A stretch of DNA of 60,335 nucleotides from Patescibacteria group bacterium (GCA_023473595.1 JAMCYV010000011.1:1-60335); one strand, 5' to 3'; positions 39,120 to 50,038 are shown, counted from the stretch's first letter. Program-made: numbers and translations. The notes: generated by a model not told the origin, from the sequence alone.

Positions 39120-39245
39120 TAGGAGAGGTTCTCACCCTGCGGGCGATCAGCCGTAGGCTGAGAATCCCGTTTCCCGCTCCAATTTATATTTGGCCTCGTG
39201 GCGGATCCGCCTTCGCCAGAGGCTTCGTTCGGACAAGGTGGCTTA
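39120..39245. repeat. GC-rich palindromic repeats between tRNA-Gly and tRNA-Cys
   Basis: gttctcaccctgcgggcgatcagccgtaggctgagaatc, and ggcggatccgccttcgccagaggcttcgttcggacaaggtggc. Confidence 0.5.
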
Positions 39246-39252
39246 TATTTAT

Positions 39253-39326
39253 GGCGTTGTGGCCGAGTAGCTAGGCAACGGTCTGCAAAACCGTTTACCC
39301 GGGTGCAAATCCCGGCAACGCCTCCA
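39253..39326 (+). tRNA. tRNA-Cys (GCA), CCA encoded
   Basis: ggcgttg/caacgcc acceptor, stem acggt/accgt, loop ctGCAaa. Confidence 0.9.
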
Positions 39327-39394
39327 AGGTTCAACAAAGTTGAACGCTTGTAGCTAATAGCTATTGGTTACTGGCTACAAGTAATCGATTCTTT

Positions 39395-39481
39395 GCCGCG
39401 GTGGCGGAACCGGTATACGCGCATGACTTAAAATCATGTGACCGAAAGGTCTTGGGAGTTCGAGTCTCCCCCGCGGCACCA
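39395..39481 (+). tRNA. tRNA-Leu (TAA), CCA encoded
   Basis: gccgcgg/ccgcggc acceptor, loop ctTAAaa, long variable arm. Confidence 0.92.
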
Positions 39482-39508
39482 TAGAAATTTAAAGATAGAA
39501 AGATATCT

Positions 39509-39859
39509 ATGTCTAAACCAAGTAAAATTTTTTTAGGATTGGCGACTATTTGGCCAGTAATTTATATGTTTATTTTTATGGCTTTTATATTTAGCCAGAT
39601 TTTTATCGCTCAAATTAGCGGGGGTGAACCAGCGTTAGAGATTTTTTTCTTCATCTTTATCCTTCATTTTTTAACAATAATTGAAATATTTGTTCTCTTA
39701 ATCATTTATGTTAGGGATGTTTTCAAAAATCCTGCGATTATTCAAGAGAAAAAAACTCTTTGGGCTGTGGTTTTGTTTCTTGGCAATATGATTGCGATGC
39801 CTGTTTATTGGTATCTCTATATTTGGCAGGAGCCGGCTAAAAACCCCAATAGCTCTTAA
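39509..39859 (+). CDS. small membrane protein (PLD-N-like C-terminal motif)
   Basis: 116 aa, 3 TM segments. LWAVVLFLGNMIAMPVYWYLY resembles the cardiolipin-synthase N-terminal type motif. Confidence 0.6.
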   Translation: MSKPSKIFLGLATIWPVIYMFIFMAFIFSQIFIAQISGGEPALEIFFFIFILHFLTIIEIFVLLIIYVRDVFKNPAIIQEKKTLWAVVLFLGNMIAMPVYWYLYIWQEPAKNPNSS

Positions 39860-39863
39860 TCAA

Positions 39864-40466
39864 TTATTGTTTTCCTTCAAACCTTTTTTCAACCTCTTCC
39901 CAATTCAAAATATTCCAAAAAGCATCGATAAATTTTTTCTTTTCGCTTTTATAGTCTAAGTAATAAGCATGCTCCCACATGTCCAAAACTAGAAGGATAT
40001 AATCGGTAGGATAGAGGACATCATTATGTTTCTCAATTTGATTTATAAAAAGCCTCTTGGTCAGCCAATCGTAGGAGAGAGTAGTCCAGCCGGGGCCTTC
40101 AATCGTTGAAGCGGCATCGGAAAATTCTTTTTTAAACCTTTCAAAACTGCCGAACTCCTTATCAATTGCTTCTTTCAAATTTCCTTCAGGCTCTTTTCTT
40201 ACTTCCTTTTCCGGTCCCATATTCTCCCAGAAAAGGGAATGAAGAATCACTCCGCCAATATTAAAAGAAAGGGCTTTAAGCTCTGCTTTCTGATCAATTT
40301 CTAGATTTTCTTTTCTGGCACTTTCTAGCTTCTCTAATATTTTATTGGCCGCATCCACATAAGCTTTGTGATGTTTATCGTGATGTATCCGAAGCTGTTC
40401 TTCAGAAATATACGGTTTCAAGGCATTATAATCATACTTTAAATCCGGTAGGATAAAATATTCCAT
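39864..40466 (-). CDS. sod: Fe/Mn superoxide dismutase
   Basis: HHDKHHKAYV and DMWEHAYYLDY metal-ligand motifs. 200 aa. Confidence 0.93.
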   Translation of the reverse strand: MEYFILPDLKYDYNALKPYISEEQLRIHHDKHHKAYVDAANKILEKLESARKENLEIDQKAELKALSFNIGGVILHSLFWENMGPEKEVRKEPEGNLKEAIDKEFGSFERFKKEFSDAASTIEGPGWTTLSYDWLTKRLFINQIEKHNDVLYPTDYILLVLDMWEHAYYLDYKSEKKKFIDAFWNILNWEEVEKRFEGKQ

Positions 40467-40529
40467 TATTTTCTTTAAATAGCTTAAGGCTCTTACTTCA
40501 TTTCTGCTTTAGTAAGAGCCTTTTTACTT

Positions 40530-40769
40530 TTATTCTTCTTCTCCACCTTCTTCTTCGCCTCCTCCTTCAGCTTCTCCACCTTCCATTCCCAGGGCTTTTT
40601 TAACCTCATCAGCAGAATTGTAAGTCCCTTCAGGGAGATTATTCATTACCCAATTTTTATCCTCGTCTGGAACATCCGACATCCCATTGCAGGCTTGTTT
40701 TATGTCAGCGGCTGTGGCCGGGTATTCAACGTGATTTTCGATGTGTTCCTTGACTTTCTCTCGATCCAT
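40530..40769 (-). CDS. DUF2795-like small protein with acidic G/E tail
   Basis: HVEYPATAADIKQAC...VPDEDKNWVMNNLPEGTYNSADEV pattern. RBS aggagg before the ATG at 40769. Confidence 0.6.
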   Translation of the reverse strand: MDREKVKEHIENHVEYPATAADIKQACNGMSDVPDEDKNWVMNNLPEGTYNSADEVKKALGMEGGEAEGGGEEEGGEEE

Positions 40770-40787
40770 TTTTTCACCTCCTTTCAA

Positions 40788-41069
40788 CTATTTTGTTAAT
40801 TCATCGACCTCATTCTTACCGTTTTCAAGCTCTTTCTTCTGCTCCTCATCAATTCTTAAAAGCAAGGTTTGAAATTCACCAACATGAGTTTTTTCTTCAT
40901 TAGAAATGTCTGCCATAACCTTTCTAATATTTTCATTGTCTGACATTGTTGCTAGCTGATTATAAAGATTTATGGCATCGAGTTCGGAAATTATTCCCAC
41001 TCTTAAAATCTCCTTATCAACATCCTCTTTGGCTATTTTGGAAATGTCGATTGGTAAGCCTGAAATCAT
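40788..41069 (-). CDS. small ferritin-like / rubrerythrin-type protein (EncFtn-like)
   Basis: SELDAINLYNQ ... ISNEEKTHVGEF (ExxH di-iron-type motif). 93 aa. Confidence 0.55.
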   Translation of the reverse strand: MISGLPIDISKIAKEDVDKEILRVGIISELDAINLYNQLATMSDNENIRKVMADISNEEKTHVGEFQTLLLRIDEEQKKELENGKNEVDELTK

Positions 41070-41132
41070 GAATTTTAATATAACTTATCCTACTTAACAT
41101 TTTGATTGGATAACTTTACAAATATTTATTTA

Positions 41133-41141
41133 TGCTATAAT
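41133..41141 (+). promoter_or_regulatory. candidate extended -10 promoter (tgctataat)
   Basis: It overlaps the ORF-track ATG at 41140, which argues that the true start of the LysM gene is ATG 41167. Confidence 0.4.
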
Positions 41142-41166
41142 GGTATTTGTTAAACGAGCGCTATCT

Positions 41167-41637
41167 ATGTTTAAAAAGAAAGCAGAAGAGGAAGTACCTA
41201 AGAAGAATATTCCCAAACTTTCTAAAGAATTCAAAGAAGAAATAGAAAACCAGCACAAATTCAAAGTTTCCCATGTCATCTGGCCTGTCTTAAGCCTCTT
41301 CATTCTTTCAATGCTTGGCATCTACATTTATTCAAACTATATTATAAATAACAGCGGCACGGTAATAGATAGAAAATCACCGGACGAAAAAATCCAATCC
41401 AAGCCTGAAGTGAAGGAGGAGCAAACTCCGGCTGCCACTACTCCTACTCCGGCAACAGTCGAGCCGCCGAAGCCGCAGGCACCCCAATATATCGAATATA
41501 TTGTTAAACAAGGAGACACTTTGAGCGGGATTGGCCAGACTTACCAGGTCTATATAAGCGAGATTTTGAGTGCTAATCCGGGCCTCGCCCAAGATGATTT
41601 GAAGATCGGCCAAGTAATTAAGATACCAAAGAAATAA
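41167..41637 (+). CDS. TM-anchored LysM domain protein
   Basis: C-terminal LysM YIVKQGDTLSGIGQTYQVYISEILSANPGL..DDLKIGQVIKIP. One TM segment and a Pro/Thr-rich linker. Confidence 0.8.
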   Translation: MFKKKAEEEVPKKNIPKLSKEFKEEIENQHKFKVSHVIWPVLSLFILSMLGIYIYSNYIINNSGTVIDRKSPDEKIQSKPEVKEEQTPAATTPTPATVEPPKPQAPQYIEYIVKQGDTLSGIGQTYQVYISEILSANPGLAQDDLKIGQVIKIPKK

Positions 41638-41706
41638 TTCAAAAGTCAAAAATAAAAAGTAAAAATTTATAAGTCGCTTCGCGACAATTTTATTAAAGGA
41701 GGAAAG

Positions 41707-42270
41707 ATGAGTATATTAACAATTATTTTAATAATTCTCGGAGTCGTTCTTTTGGCCCTTATTTTTATGTTCAATAGTCTTGTCAGGACCAAGAACAGGG
41801 TTGAAGAGGCTTGGAATGACATTAAAATTCAACTTAAAAGACGGTTTGAGCTTATCCCAGACCTTATGAAGTCGGTTCAGGCGGCAATTAAGCTTGATGA
41901 AAAGCTTCTAACCCAAATTACAAAGCTAAGAAGCCAAGCAGGAGACTTGGAAAATGGTTCGCCGGCCGAAAGAGCCAAGACAGAAAACGCTTTAGGAGAT
42001 GCTTTGGGTGCGCTTAAAATCCAAGTTGAAGCTTATCCTGATATTAAGTCTCATACTGAAATCAGTCAGTTTATGTCTGAACTTACCGACACCCAGGATA
42101 AAATCATGGCCAGTCAGAGGTTCTATAACGGCATGGTTCGAGACTTTAATACCAAGATTCAAGTTTTCCCAACCAATCTTTTTGCCGGGATGATGGGATT
42201 TAAGGGTTATGAGTTCTTCGAAGTTCCCGAAAGCGAACAAAAGAAGCCAGAAGTTCAGCTAGAGGTCTAG
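41707..42270 (+). CDS. lemA: LemA family protein
   Basis: N-terminal TM plus FNSLVRTKNRVEEAWNDIKIQLKRRFELIPDLM. RBS aaaggagg. Confidence 0.9.
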   Translation: MSILTIILIILGVVLLALIFMFNSLVRTKNRVEEAWNDIKIQLKRRFELIPDLMKSVQAAIKLDEKLLTQITKLRSQAGDLENGSPAERAKTENALGDALGALKIQVEAYPDIKSHTEISQFMSELTDTQDKIMASQRFYNGMVRDFNTKIQVFPTNLFAGMMGFKGYEFFEVPESEQKKPEVQLEV

Positions 42271-42278
42271 GTTACATA

Positions 42279-42317
42279 TCTACGAATAAGGATACAAATC
42301 CTACTAATATTACGAAT
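42279..42317 (+). repeat. tacgaat-word repeat, left flank of the GxxExxY gene
   Basis: tacgaataaggatacaaatcctactaatattacgaat. Homologous to 50822-50857 and inverse to 42709-42765. Confidence 0.65.
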
Positions 42318-42319
42318 AA

Positions 42320-42706
42320 ATGCTTAGAGAACGAACAAAGCTTATCTAACCGGAATTAAGCTATAAGATAGTTGGTATTCTATTTGAAGCTCACAATGAG
42401 CTTGGCGGTCATTTGAAGGAGAAACATTACCAGCGGGCAATAAGCAAACTATTTAAAGAAAAAGGAATAAATTTTCAAGAGCAGTTCGCTATACCAATAA
42501 AATTAAAAGAAAAAGAGGTTGGCAAGTATTTTTTTGACTTTCTAGTTGAAGATAAAGTGGTTTTAGAAATTAAAGTAGGGCGATTAAAAAGGACATATTT
42601 TGATCAATTGCATTCGTATGTCAAGGCGTCGGGTAAGAAATTAGGGATTTTAGCAATATTTACCGAAAACGAAGTGAAATTTCGTAGAATCCTAAATCTC
42701 TATTAA
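42320..42706 (+). pseudogene. GxxExxY (PD-(D/E)XK-like) family gene interrupted by an in-frame TAA
   Basis: ATG 42320 ... TAA 42347-42349, then in the same frame PELSYKIVGILFEAHNELGGHLKEKHYQRAI ... FDFLVEDKVVLEIK. The family N terminus lies upstream of the only usable start (TTG 42413). Confidence 0.55.
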
Positions 42707-42708
42707 TG

Positions 42709-42765
42709 ATTTGTAATATTTGTATGATTCGTATTATGATTAGTAGATTCGTAATTAATTAGTAG
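42709..42765 (-). repeat. tacgaat-word repeat, right flank (inverse orientation)
   Basis: atttgtaatatttgtatgattcgtattatgattagtagattcgtaattaattagtag contains the inverse words attcgta, attagtag and atttgtat. Confidence 0.6.
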
Positions 42766-42769
42766 TGTT

Positions 42770-43666
42770 ATGTATAAACAAGTTGATTCCAACAAGAGGA
42801 AAACGATATTTTTTATGGGGTTTTTCCTCATTTTCATTATCTTTCTGGGATGGGTCTTCTCTCGTGCCTTAGGAAGCTCCTTTATCTTGTATCTGGCAAT
42901 TTTTATCAGCATTGTCCAAGCTTTCATCAGCTATTTTTATTCAGACAAAATTGCCTTAGCTATTTCGAAAGCCAGAAAAATTGAAGAAAAGGACAATCCG
43001 AAACTTTATCATATAGTTGAAAATCTTTCGATAACGGCCGGCCTACCGATGCCTAAAGTCTATATTATAGAAGATCTGGCGCCAAATGCCTTTGCGACCG
43101 GAAGAAATCCAGAACACTCGGCGGTAGCGGTGACGACAGGGCTTCTGGAAAAATTAGAGCGGCCGGAACTCGAAGGGGTTATCTCCCATGAACTTTCCCA
43201 TGTCGGTAACTATGATATCCGTTTGGCAACAGTGATTGTAGTTTTGGTCGGAATAGTCGTCCTAATGTCCGATCTTTTTTTTAGGATTAGCTTCTGGGGA
43301 GGGGGAGATGATGATAGCGATAATAATCAACTACAGTTCTTTTTTCTAGCGGTGGGCGTCGTTTTAGCCCTGCTTTCGCCGCTCTTTGCCACCCTGATCC
43401 AGCTTGCAGTCTCAAGGAAAAGGGAATTTCTGGCTGATGCAAACGGAGCACTTCTTACACGCTATCCGGAGGGATTGGCGAGGGCGCTTGAAAAAATCTC
43501 AGCTGATCCCAAACCTCTTCGAGTTGCAAATAAAGCAACAGCACATCTTTTTATAACCAATCCTTTGAAAGAGCACAAAGGCAGTATGAGAGGCTGGTTC
43601 TCCGGTCTTTTCGATACCCACCCGCCGGTAGAAGAAAGAGTAACTCGATTACGCCAGATGACGTAA
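42770..43666 (+). CDS. htpX: HtpX-like M48 zinc metalloprotease
   Basis: HELSHVGNYD zinc motif, 4 TM layout, C-terminal THPPVEERV. Confidence 0.92.
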   Translation: MYKQVDSNKRKTIFFMGFFLIFIIFLGWVFSRALGSSFILYLAIFISIVQAFISYFYSDKIALAISKARKIEEKDNPKLYHIVENLSITAGLPMPKVYIIEDLAPNAFATGRNPEHSAVAVTTGLLEKLERPELEGVISHELSHVGNYDIRLATVIVVLVGIVVLMSDLFFRISFWGGGDDDSDNNQLQFFFLAVGVVLALLSPLFATLIQLAVSRKREFLADANGALLTRYPEGLARALEKISADPKPLRVANKATAHLFITNPLKEHKGSMRGWFSGLFDTHPPVEERVTRLRQMT

Positions 43667-43764
43667 TCTTGAATTTCTAAATCCTAATTACTAATTTCTA
43701 AACAAATCCTAAATTCAAATATCCAAAAACTTATTGTTCGAGCGAAATTGAGAACTACTCATTG

Positions 43765-43812
43765 TGTCATTCTCGCCCTTCTTTGTCATCCCCGCGAAAG
43801 CGGGGATCCAGA
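43765..43812 (+). repeat. TGTCAT-hairpin element (copy d, two heads)
   Basis: tgtcattctcgcccttctt, then tgtcatcc, then a perfect 8-bp hairpin atccccgc-gaaa-gcggggat. Confidence 0.65.
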
Positions 43813-43962
43813 AACTCCGGAAGGCTAAACTCCAGCAGGAATCCAGAAAACAATTAAAAATAGCCTCAAAAAGGTATTTTTTTGGTATAATGTGGCTGTG
43901 GAATAAAACCAGCAGAAATTTAGGGAGGTTGATGCCCAGTATATTTAATATTAAGGAAAATA

Positions 43963-44664
43963 ATGGCTTATGAAGAAAGTTTAAAAATTGCAATTATAGC
44001 GGCTTTATCAGGCGGTTTAGCTATCTTTATTTTTGAGAGATTATCATCTTTGATGAGAAGAATATTGGAAAGAAAAATCAGACATTACAATTCAATAGTG
44101 TTTTATGAGGGGCAACTTAATAATAACCTATCTCGTTTGTATGATATTCTTTTCACAATACCTAATATAACTAAGCATTTGAAAGATGGTAATATTACCT
44201 GGAACAATCTTAGAATAATTGAATTTGATGGGTCTTTACTAAAAAACATCTATTCCGAGAAGCTTAGAAATACCTTGGGCTCTTATGAAGTTGATCAATA
44301 TAAATTAAACGATGATCTTGAAAGTCTAATGAATGGCTATCAAGAAATAAAACAAGCATTGATTCAAAAAAATATTAAGCATGAAGAGTACTCGGTTAAT
44401 TGCGAGTCATTTATTAAGAACCTAGATTTAATTTACAAATTCACAGAGATGACAATTCAGACGTTACTAGATGCACTAACGGATGTAAGATTGCGAATAA
44501 AAACCGATAATCCTAGAACTAGTATTTTTATTAAAAAAATAATAATGAATGGACTAAAAGAATATACAAAAGAGGAATTCAAGATGGAAAGAAAAAAATT
44601 AGATAGAGAGATTGATGAAGCAAGCACTACTCGGAAGAAAGAAATAGATAAAATACTTAAGTAA
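43963..44664 (+). CDS. hypothetical protein with N-terminal TM and helical body
   Basis: 233-aa ORF, AT-rich. TM IAIIAALSGGLAIFIF. No recognisable motif. Confidence 0.6.
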   Translation: MAYEESLKIAIIAALSGGLAIFIFERLSSLMRRILERKIRHYNSIVFYEGQLNNNLSRLYDILFTIPNITKHLKDGNITWNNLRIIEFDGSLLKNIYSEKLRNTLGSYEVDQYKLNDDLESLMNGYQEIKQALIQKNIKHEEYSVNCESFIKNLDLIYKFTEMTIQTLLDALTDVRLRIKTDNPRTSIFIKKIIMNGLKEYTKEEFKMERKKLDREIDEASTTRKKEIDKILK

Positions 44665-44747
44665 AAAACAAGAATTAAGGAATAAAAGCAAAGGAATTTA
44701 TAGATTTTATTATGCAGAAAAAATGAAAGTAGTAAGAAAGGAATAAT

Positions 44748-45411
44748 ATGAAAGAGGTATACATAAGATTTATGGCACCCGTTATCCCCCAGACAGCCGA
44801 TCAGCTATTTAGGGTCTTTGACCAAATAGTTCAACAAAAAGTTGAAAGAGTGCATTTGCTCATTTCTTCACCTGGTGGACAAGTTTTCCATGGCCTTTCC
44901 ATATATAACTTTTTAAAAGGTTCTCCTATTGAAATTTATACTTATAATTTCGGTAGTGTTGACTCTATTGCTGGTGTAATATTCTGTGCCGGAAAACAAA
45001 GATATTCAGTTCCTCATGCACGTTTTTTAATACATAGTGTCAGCATGAACTTTCAAGGAGCTGCCAGGTTTTGATGAGAATAGTTTAGGGGAGAGCTTAA
45101 AATCGCTTAAAATCGATCAAGAAAATGTTGCAAAAGTAATAGCGGACACATGCGGAAAGTCTGTAAAAGAAGTTGAAATAACTATGAACGACAGAACTAC
45201 CTTGAACCCTACTAAAGCAAAGGAATACGGTCTTGTGCATGAAATTAAGTCCCAGCTTTTCCCCGAAAATGTAGTAATGTATACAATTTATGAGCCACAA
45301 CAAGGTCAAGTAGTGACTCAGCCTGGGGTGATAATATCTCAACCAGAAGTTTTGCCAGTTCAAAATATTGATGGTAATAATTTTGGCAGGATCAATAATA
45401 TTACTAAATGA
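44748..45411 (+). pseudogene. ClpP-fold serine protease-like gene split by a frameshift
   Basis: Frame 0 reads ..LLISSPGGQVFHGLSIY..FGSVDSIAG..ARFLIHSV..GAARF then TGA (45072). Frame +1 continues FDENSLGESLKSLKIDQENVAKVIAD...TLNPTKAKEYGLVHEI. Confidence 0.6.
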
Positions 45412-45426
45412 AAAAAGCATTAAATA
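45405..45426 (+). repeat. 22-nt direct repeat copy 1 (taaatgaaaaaagcattaaata)
   Basis: Identical to 46735-46756. A 17-nt core recurs at 46218-46234. Confidence 0.85.
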
Positions 45427-45433
45427 AATCAGA

Positions 45434-46222
45434 ATGAAAATAATGACCTACAATATTTATGATGGAGGGAAGGAAGGACTTGAACCAGTTATTGAGGCTG
45501 TTAAAGATGTGTCACCTGACTTTTTAACGATAAATGAGGCGAACGGTTTTGAAGAAAAAAGAAAACTGGAATATTTTGCCAAAAAAACCAAAATGCCGTA
45601 TTACAAACTTTCCTTATGTGGCGAGGAAGCTGATGATGCTTTATGGCATGTTGCGGTATTTTCCAGACTACCATTTAAGGAAGTAAGGGAAATCAAACCC
45701 TTAATGCGTGCGGGAATCTTGGCGGTCATAGATTCTAATTTTGGTGAAATCGCAATAATTGGAGCACATTTAGCGCCCTTTAAAGAGGATATGCGGATAA
45801 CGGAAGTTGATCTAATTGCAAAAGAACTGGAAAAATATCCGAATAGAGTGTTGATGGGGGACATGAATGCATTGTCGCCGGATGATGGTTACGAGGAGGA
45901 CCTAGTAAAAGGGTTCAATGAAATTCAGCTGGCGAAATTCACCAGGAGAGGAATACTTAATGAGAACAAGCTTCTGTTTGATGCAATAAGAAAAATCAAA
46001 AAACTCGGATATATAGATGCAGCTCTTTTATTTGGCAAGGAAAAAGAATTTACCGCGCCTACAGCAATAAAAAAAGACTCGGCTCATAATAACATGAGAC
46101 TAGACTATATTTTTATTTCCGAATTTTTGAAAAATAAGGTAAAAGATTACGAAGTTGTTAAAAACGAATTAACCGAAAAAGCCTCGGATCATTATCCGGT
46201 AGTTGTGGAGTTGGGAGAATGA
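45434..46222 (+). CDS. endonuclease/exonuclease/phosphatase (EEP) family protein
   Basis: MKIMTYNIYDGG at the N terminus, GDMNAL, C-terminal SDHYPVVVEL. Confidence 0.85.
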   Translation: MKIMTYNIYDGGKEGLEPVIEAVKDVSPDFLTINEANGFEEKRKLEYFAKKTKMPYYKLSLCGEEADDALWHVAVFSRLPFKEVREIKPLMRAGILAVIDSNFGEIAIIGAHLAPFKEDMRITEVDLIAKELEKYPNRVLMGDMNALSPDDGYEEDLVKGFNEIQLAKFTRRGILNENKLLFDAIRKIKKLGYIDAALLFGKEKEFTAPTAIKKDSAHNNMRLDYIFISEFLKNKVKDYEVVKNELTEKASDHYPVVVELGE

Positions 46223-46737
46223 AAAAAGCATTAATTATTCACGGATCGGATGGCAGCCCAATAGATCATTGGTATGAAAATGAAAAGAAGGAGCTAGAAA
46301 AGCTCGGATATTCTGTTTTGATTCCCCAGATGCCAAATCCTTCTAATCCTAAGCAAGATGAATGGGTAAGTGCAATAAATGATATAACTCTTACAGAGCA
46401 TTCTTTGTTGATGGGGTTCAGTTTGGGAGGAACAGCTATTTTAAAATTTTTAGAACAATCTGCGCAAAGAATGAACACTGTTATTCTGATAGCTACTCCA
46501 ATTGATGATATAGGAGCAGATCAGTTAAATAATTTTTTTGGTAAATTTAATTTTCAAAAAATAAAAGGCAAAGCCGATAAGTTCGTAGTTATTAACCAAG
46601 ATAAAGATCCTATGATTCCCGTAGAACAAGGGTATAAACTAGCAAAGGAACTAGGCGTAGCCCTTAATCTGGTTGCTGGCAATAATCACTTTCTTTCTCC
46701 AAATATTGATTTGGCTATCATTAACAAAAATATTTAA
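46219..46737 (+). CDS. alpha/beta serine hydrolase, YdeN/RBBP9-like
   Basis: GFSLGG nucleophile elbow, about 170 aa. ATGA overlap with the EEP gene. Confidence 0.75.
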   Translation: MKKALIIHGSDGSPIDHWYENEKKELEKLGYSVLIPQMPNPSNPKQDEWVSAINDITLTEHSLLMGFSLGGTAILKFLEQSAQRMNTVILIATPIDDIGADQLNNFFGKFNFQKIKGKADKFVVINQDKDPMIPVEQGYKLAKELGVALNLVAGNNHFLSPNIDLAIINKNI

Positions 46738-46756
46738 ATGAAAAAAGCATTAAATA
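46735..46756 (+). repeat. 22-nt direct repeat copy 2
   Basis: taaatgaaaaaagcattaaata, identical to 45405-45426. Confidence 0.85.
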
Positions 46757-46757
46757 G

Positions 46758-46784
46758 ATTCCTTGGTTTGCGACAAGGAATGAC
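46758..46784 (-). repeat. TGTCAT-hairpin element in inverse orientation
   Basis: attccttg-gtttgcga-caaggaat followed by gaca. Confidence 0.5.
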
Positions 46785-46852
46785 AAGGGATAGAAATTAA
46801 AAGCACAGATTAAATAGTTTTGTTTTTTACTTTTAAATTTTGAATTTTTAAC

Positions 46853-47275
46853 GTGTTTCTCACTAACCACACATTAGTAGCGTCGGCGATTGCAGTCTCC
46901 TTTCCGGAGCCGTCTCTTGTCGTCCCTTTGGCCTTTGGAAGCCATTTTATTCTCGATGCCTTGCCTCATTATGGCTTGAAAATTGGTAACAATCGTAAAA
47001 AACATGGAATAACAGGGGCGATCGATGCCTTAATTGCCATAAGTATCGCCATCTTTTTTTGCTTTCTTTTCCCTCAAAAAATACTTTTAATTCTTTTGGC
47101 TTCCTTTTTCGCCGCCTTGCCTGACCTGAACCAGGTTTTATGGGTGTTTACTGGCATTAAATGGCCTAAAAAATATTGGGATTTTCATGAGGCCATCCAG
47201 CGCTATGAATCCAAAAAAGGTATATTAATTGAGATTATTTTTGCCCTCATTCTTCTTTTTTTAATCATTAGGTAA
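46853..47275 (+). CDS. small membrane protein (possibly YdjM/DUF457-like)
   Basis: 140-aa ORF with GTG start and about 4 TM segments. GSHFILDALPHYG motif. Confidence 0.5.
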   Translation: MFLTNHTLVASAIAVSFPEPSLVVPLAFGSHFILDALPHYGLKIGNNRKKHGITGAIDALIAISIAIFFCFLFPQKILLILLASFFAALPDLNQVLWVFTGIKWPKKYWDFHEAIQRYESKKGILIEIIFALILLFLIIR

Positions 47276-47311
47276 GTTTAAGTTTGCCCTAAGATAGGCT
47301 ATAATCTAAGC

Positions 47312-50004
<2,693 letters not shown>

Positions 50005-50009
50005 AGCCA

Positions 50010-50035
50010 AAGGACGGCGTTTTCTCACCGTCCTT
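50010..50035. terminator. hairpin between convergent genes
   Basis: aaggacgg(50010-50017)/ccgtcctt(50028-50035). Confidence 0.55.
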
Positions 50036-50038
50036 AAA

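Noticed and set aside
38658-39337. ORFs 38658-38924 (+), 38902-39135 (-) and 39119-39337 (-)
   Set aside because: They run through tRNA genes and GC-rich palindromic repeats. Peptides such as RSFSGG are translation artefacts of the repeats.
40486-40522. The hairpin between the DUF2795-like gene and sod acting as an intrinsic terminator
   Set aside because: The T run is on the + strand while both genes are on the minus strand. On the transcribed strand the stem is not followed by U residues, so it is more likely an intercistronic structure.
42271-42769. A CRISPR array formed by the tacgaat/attagg word repeats (also 4076-4147, 43667-43735, 50812-50860)
   Set aside because: The repeats are 7-10 nt words without regular 25-40 nt repeat-spacer periodicity, and no cas genes are present.
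43715-43993. ORFs 43715-43993 (-) and 43764-43973 (+)
   Set aside because: They are built from the TGTCAT repeat region (the VIPAKAGIQ-type peptide is a known style of repeat translation), so the region is treated as intergenic.
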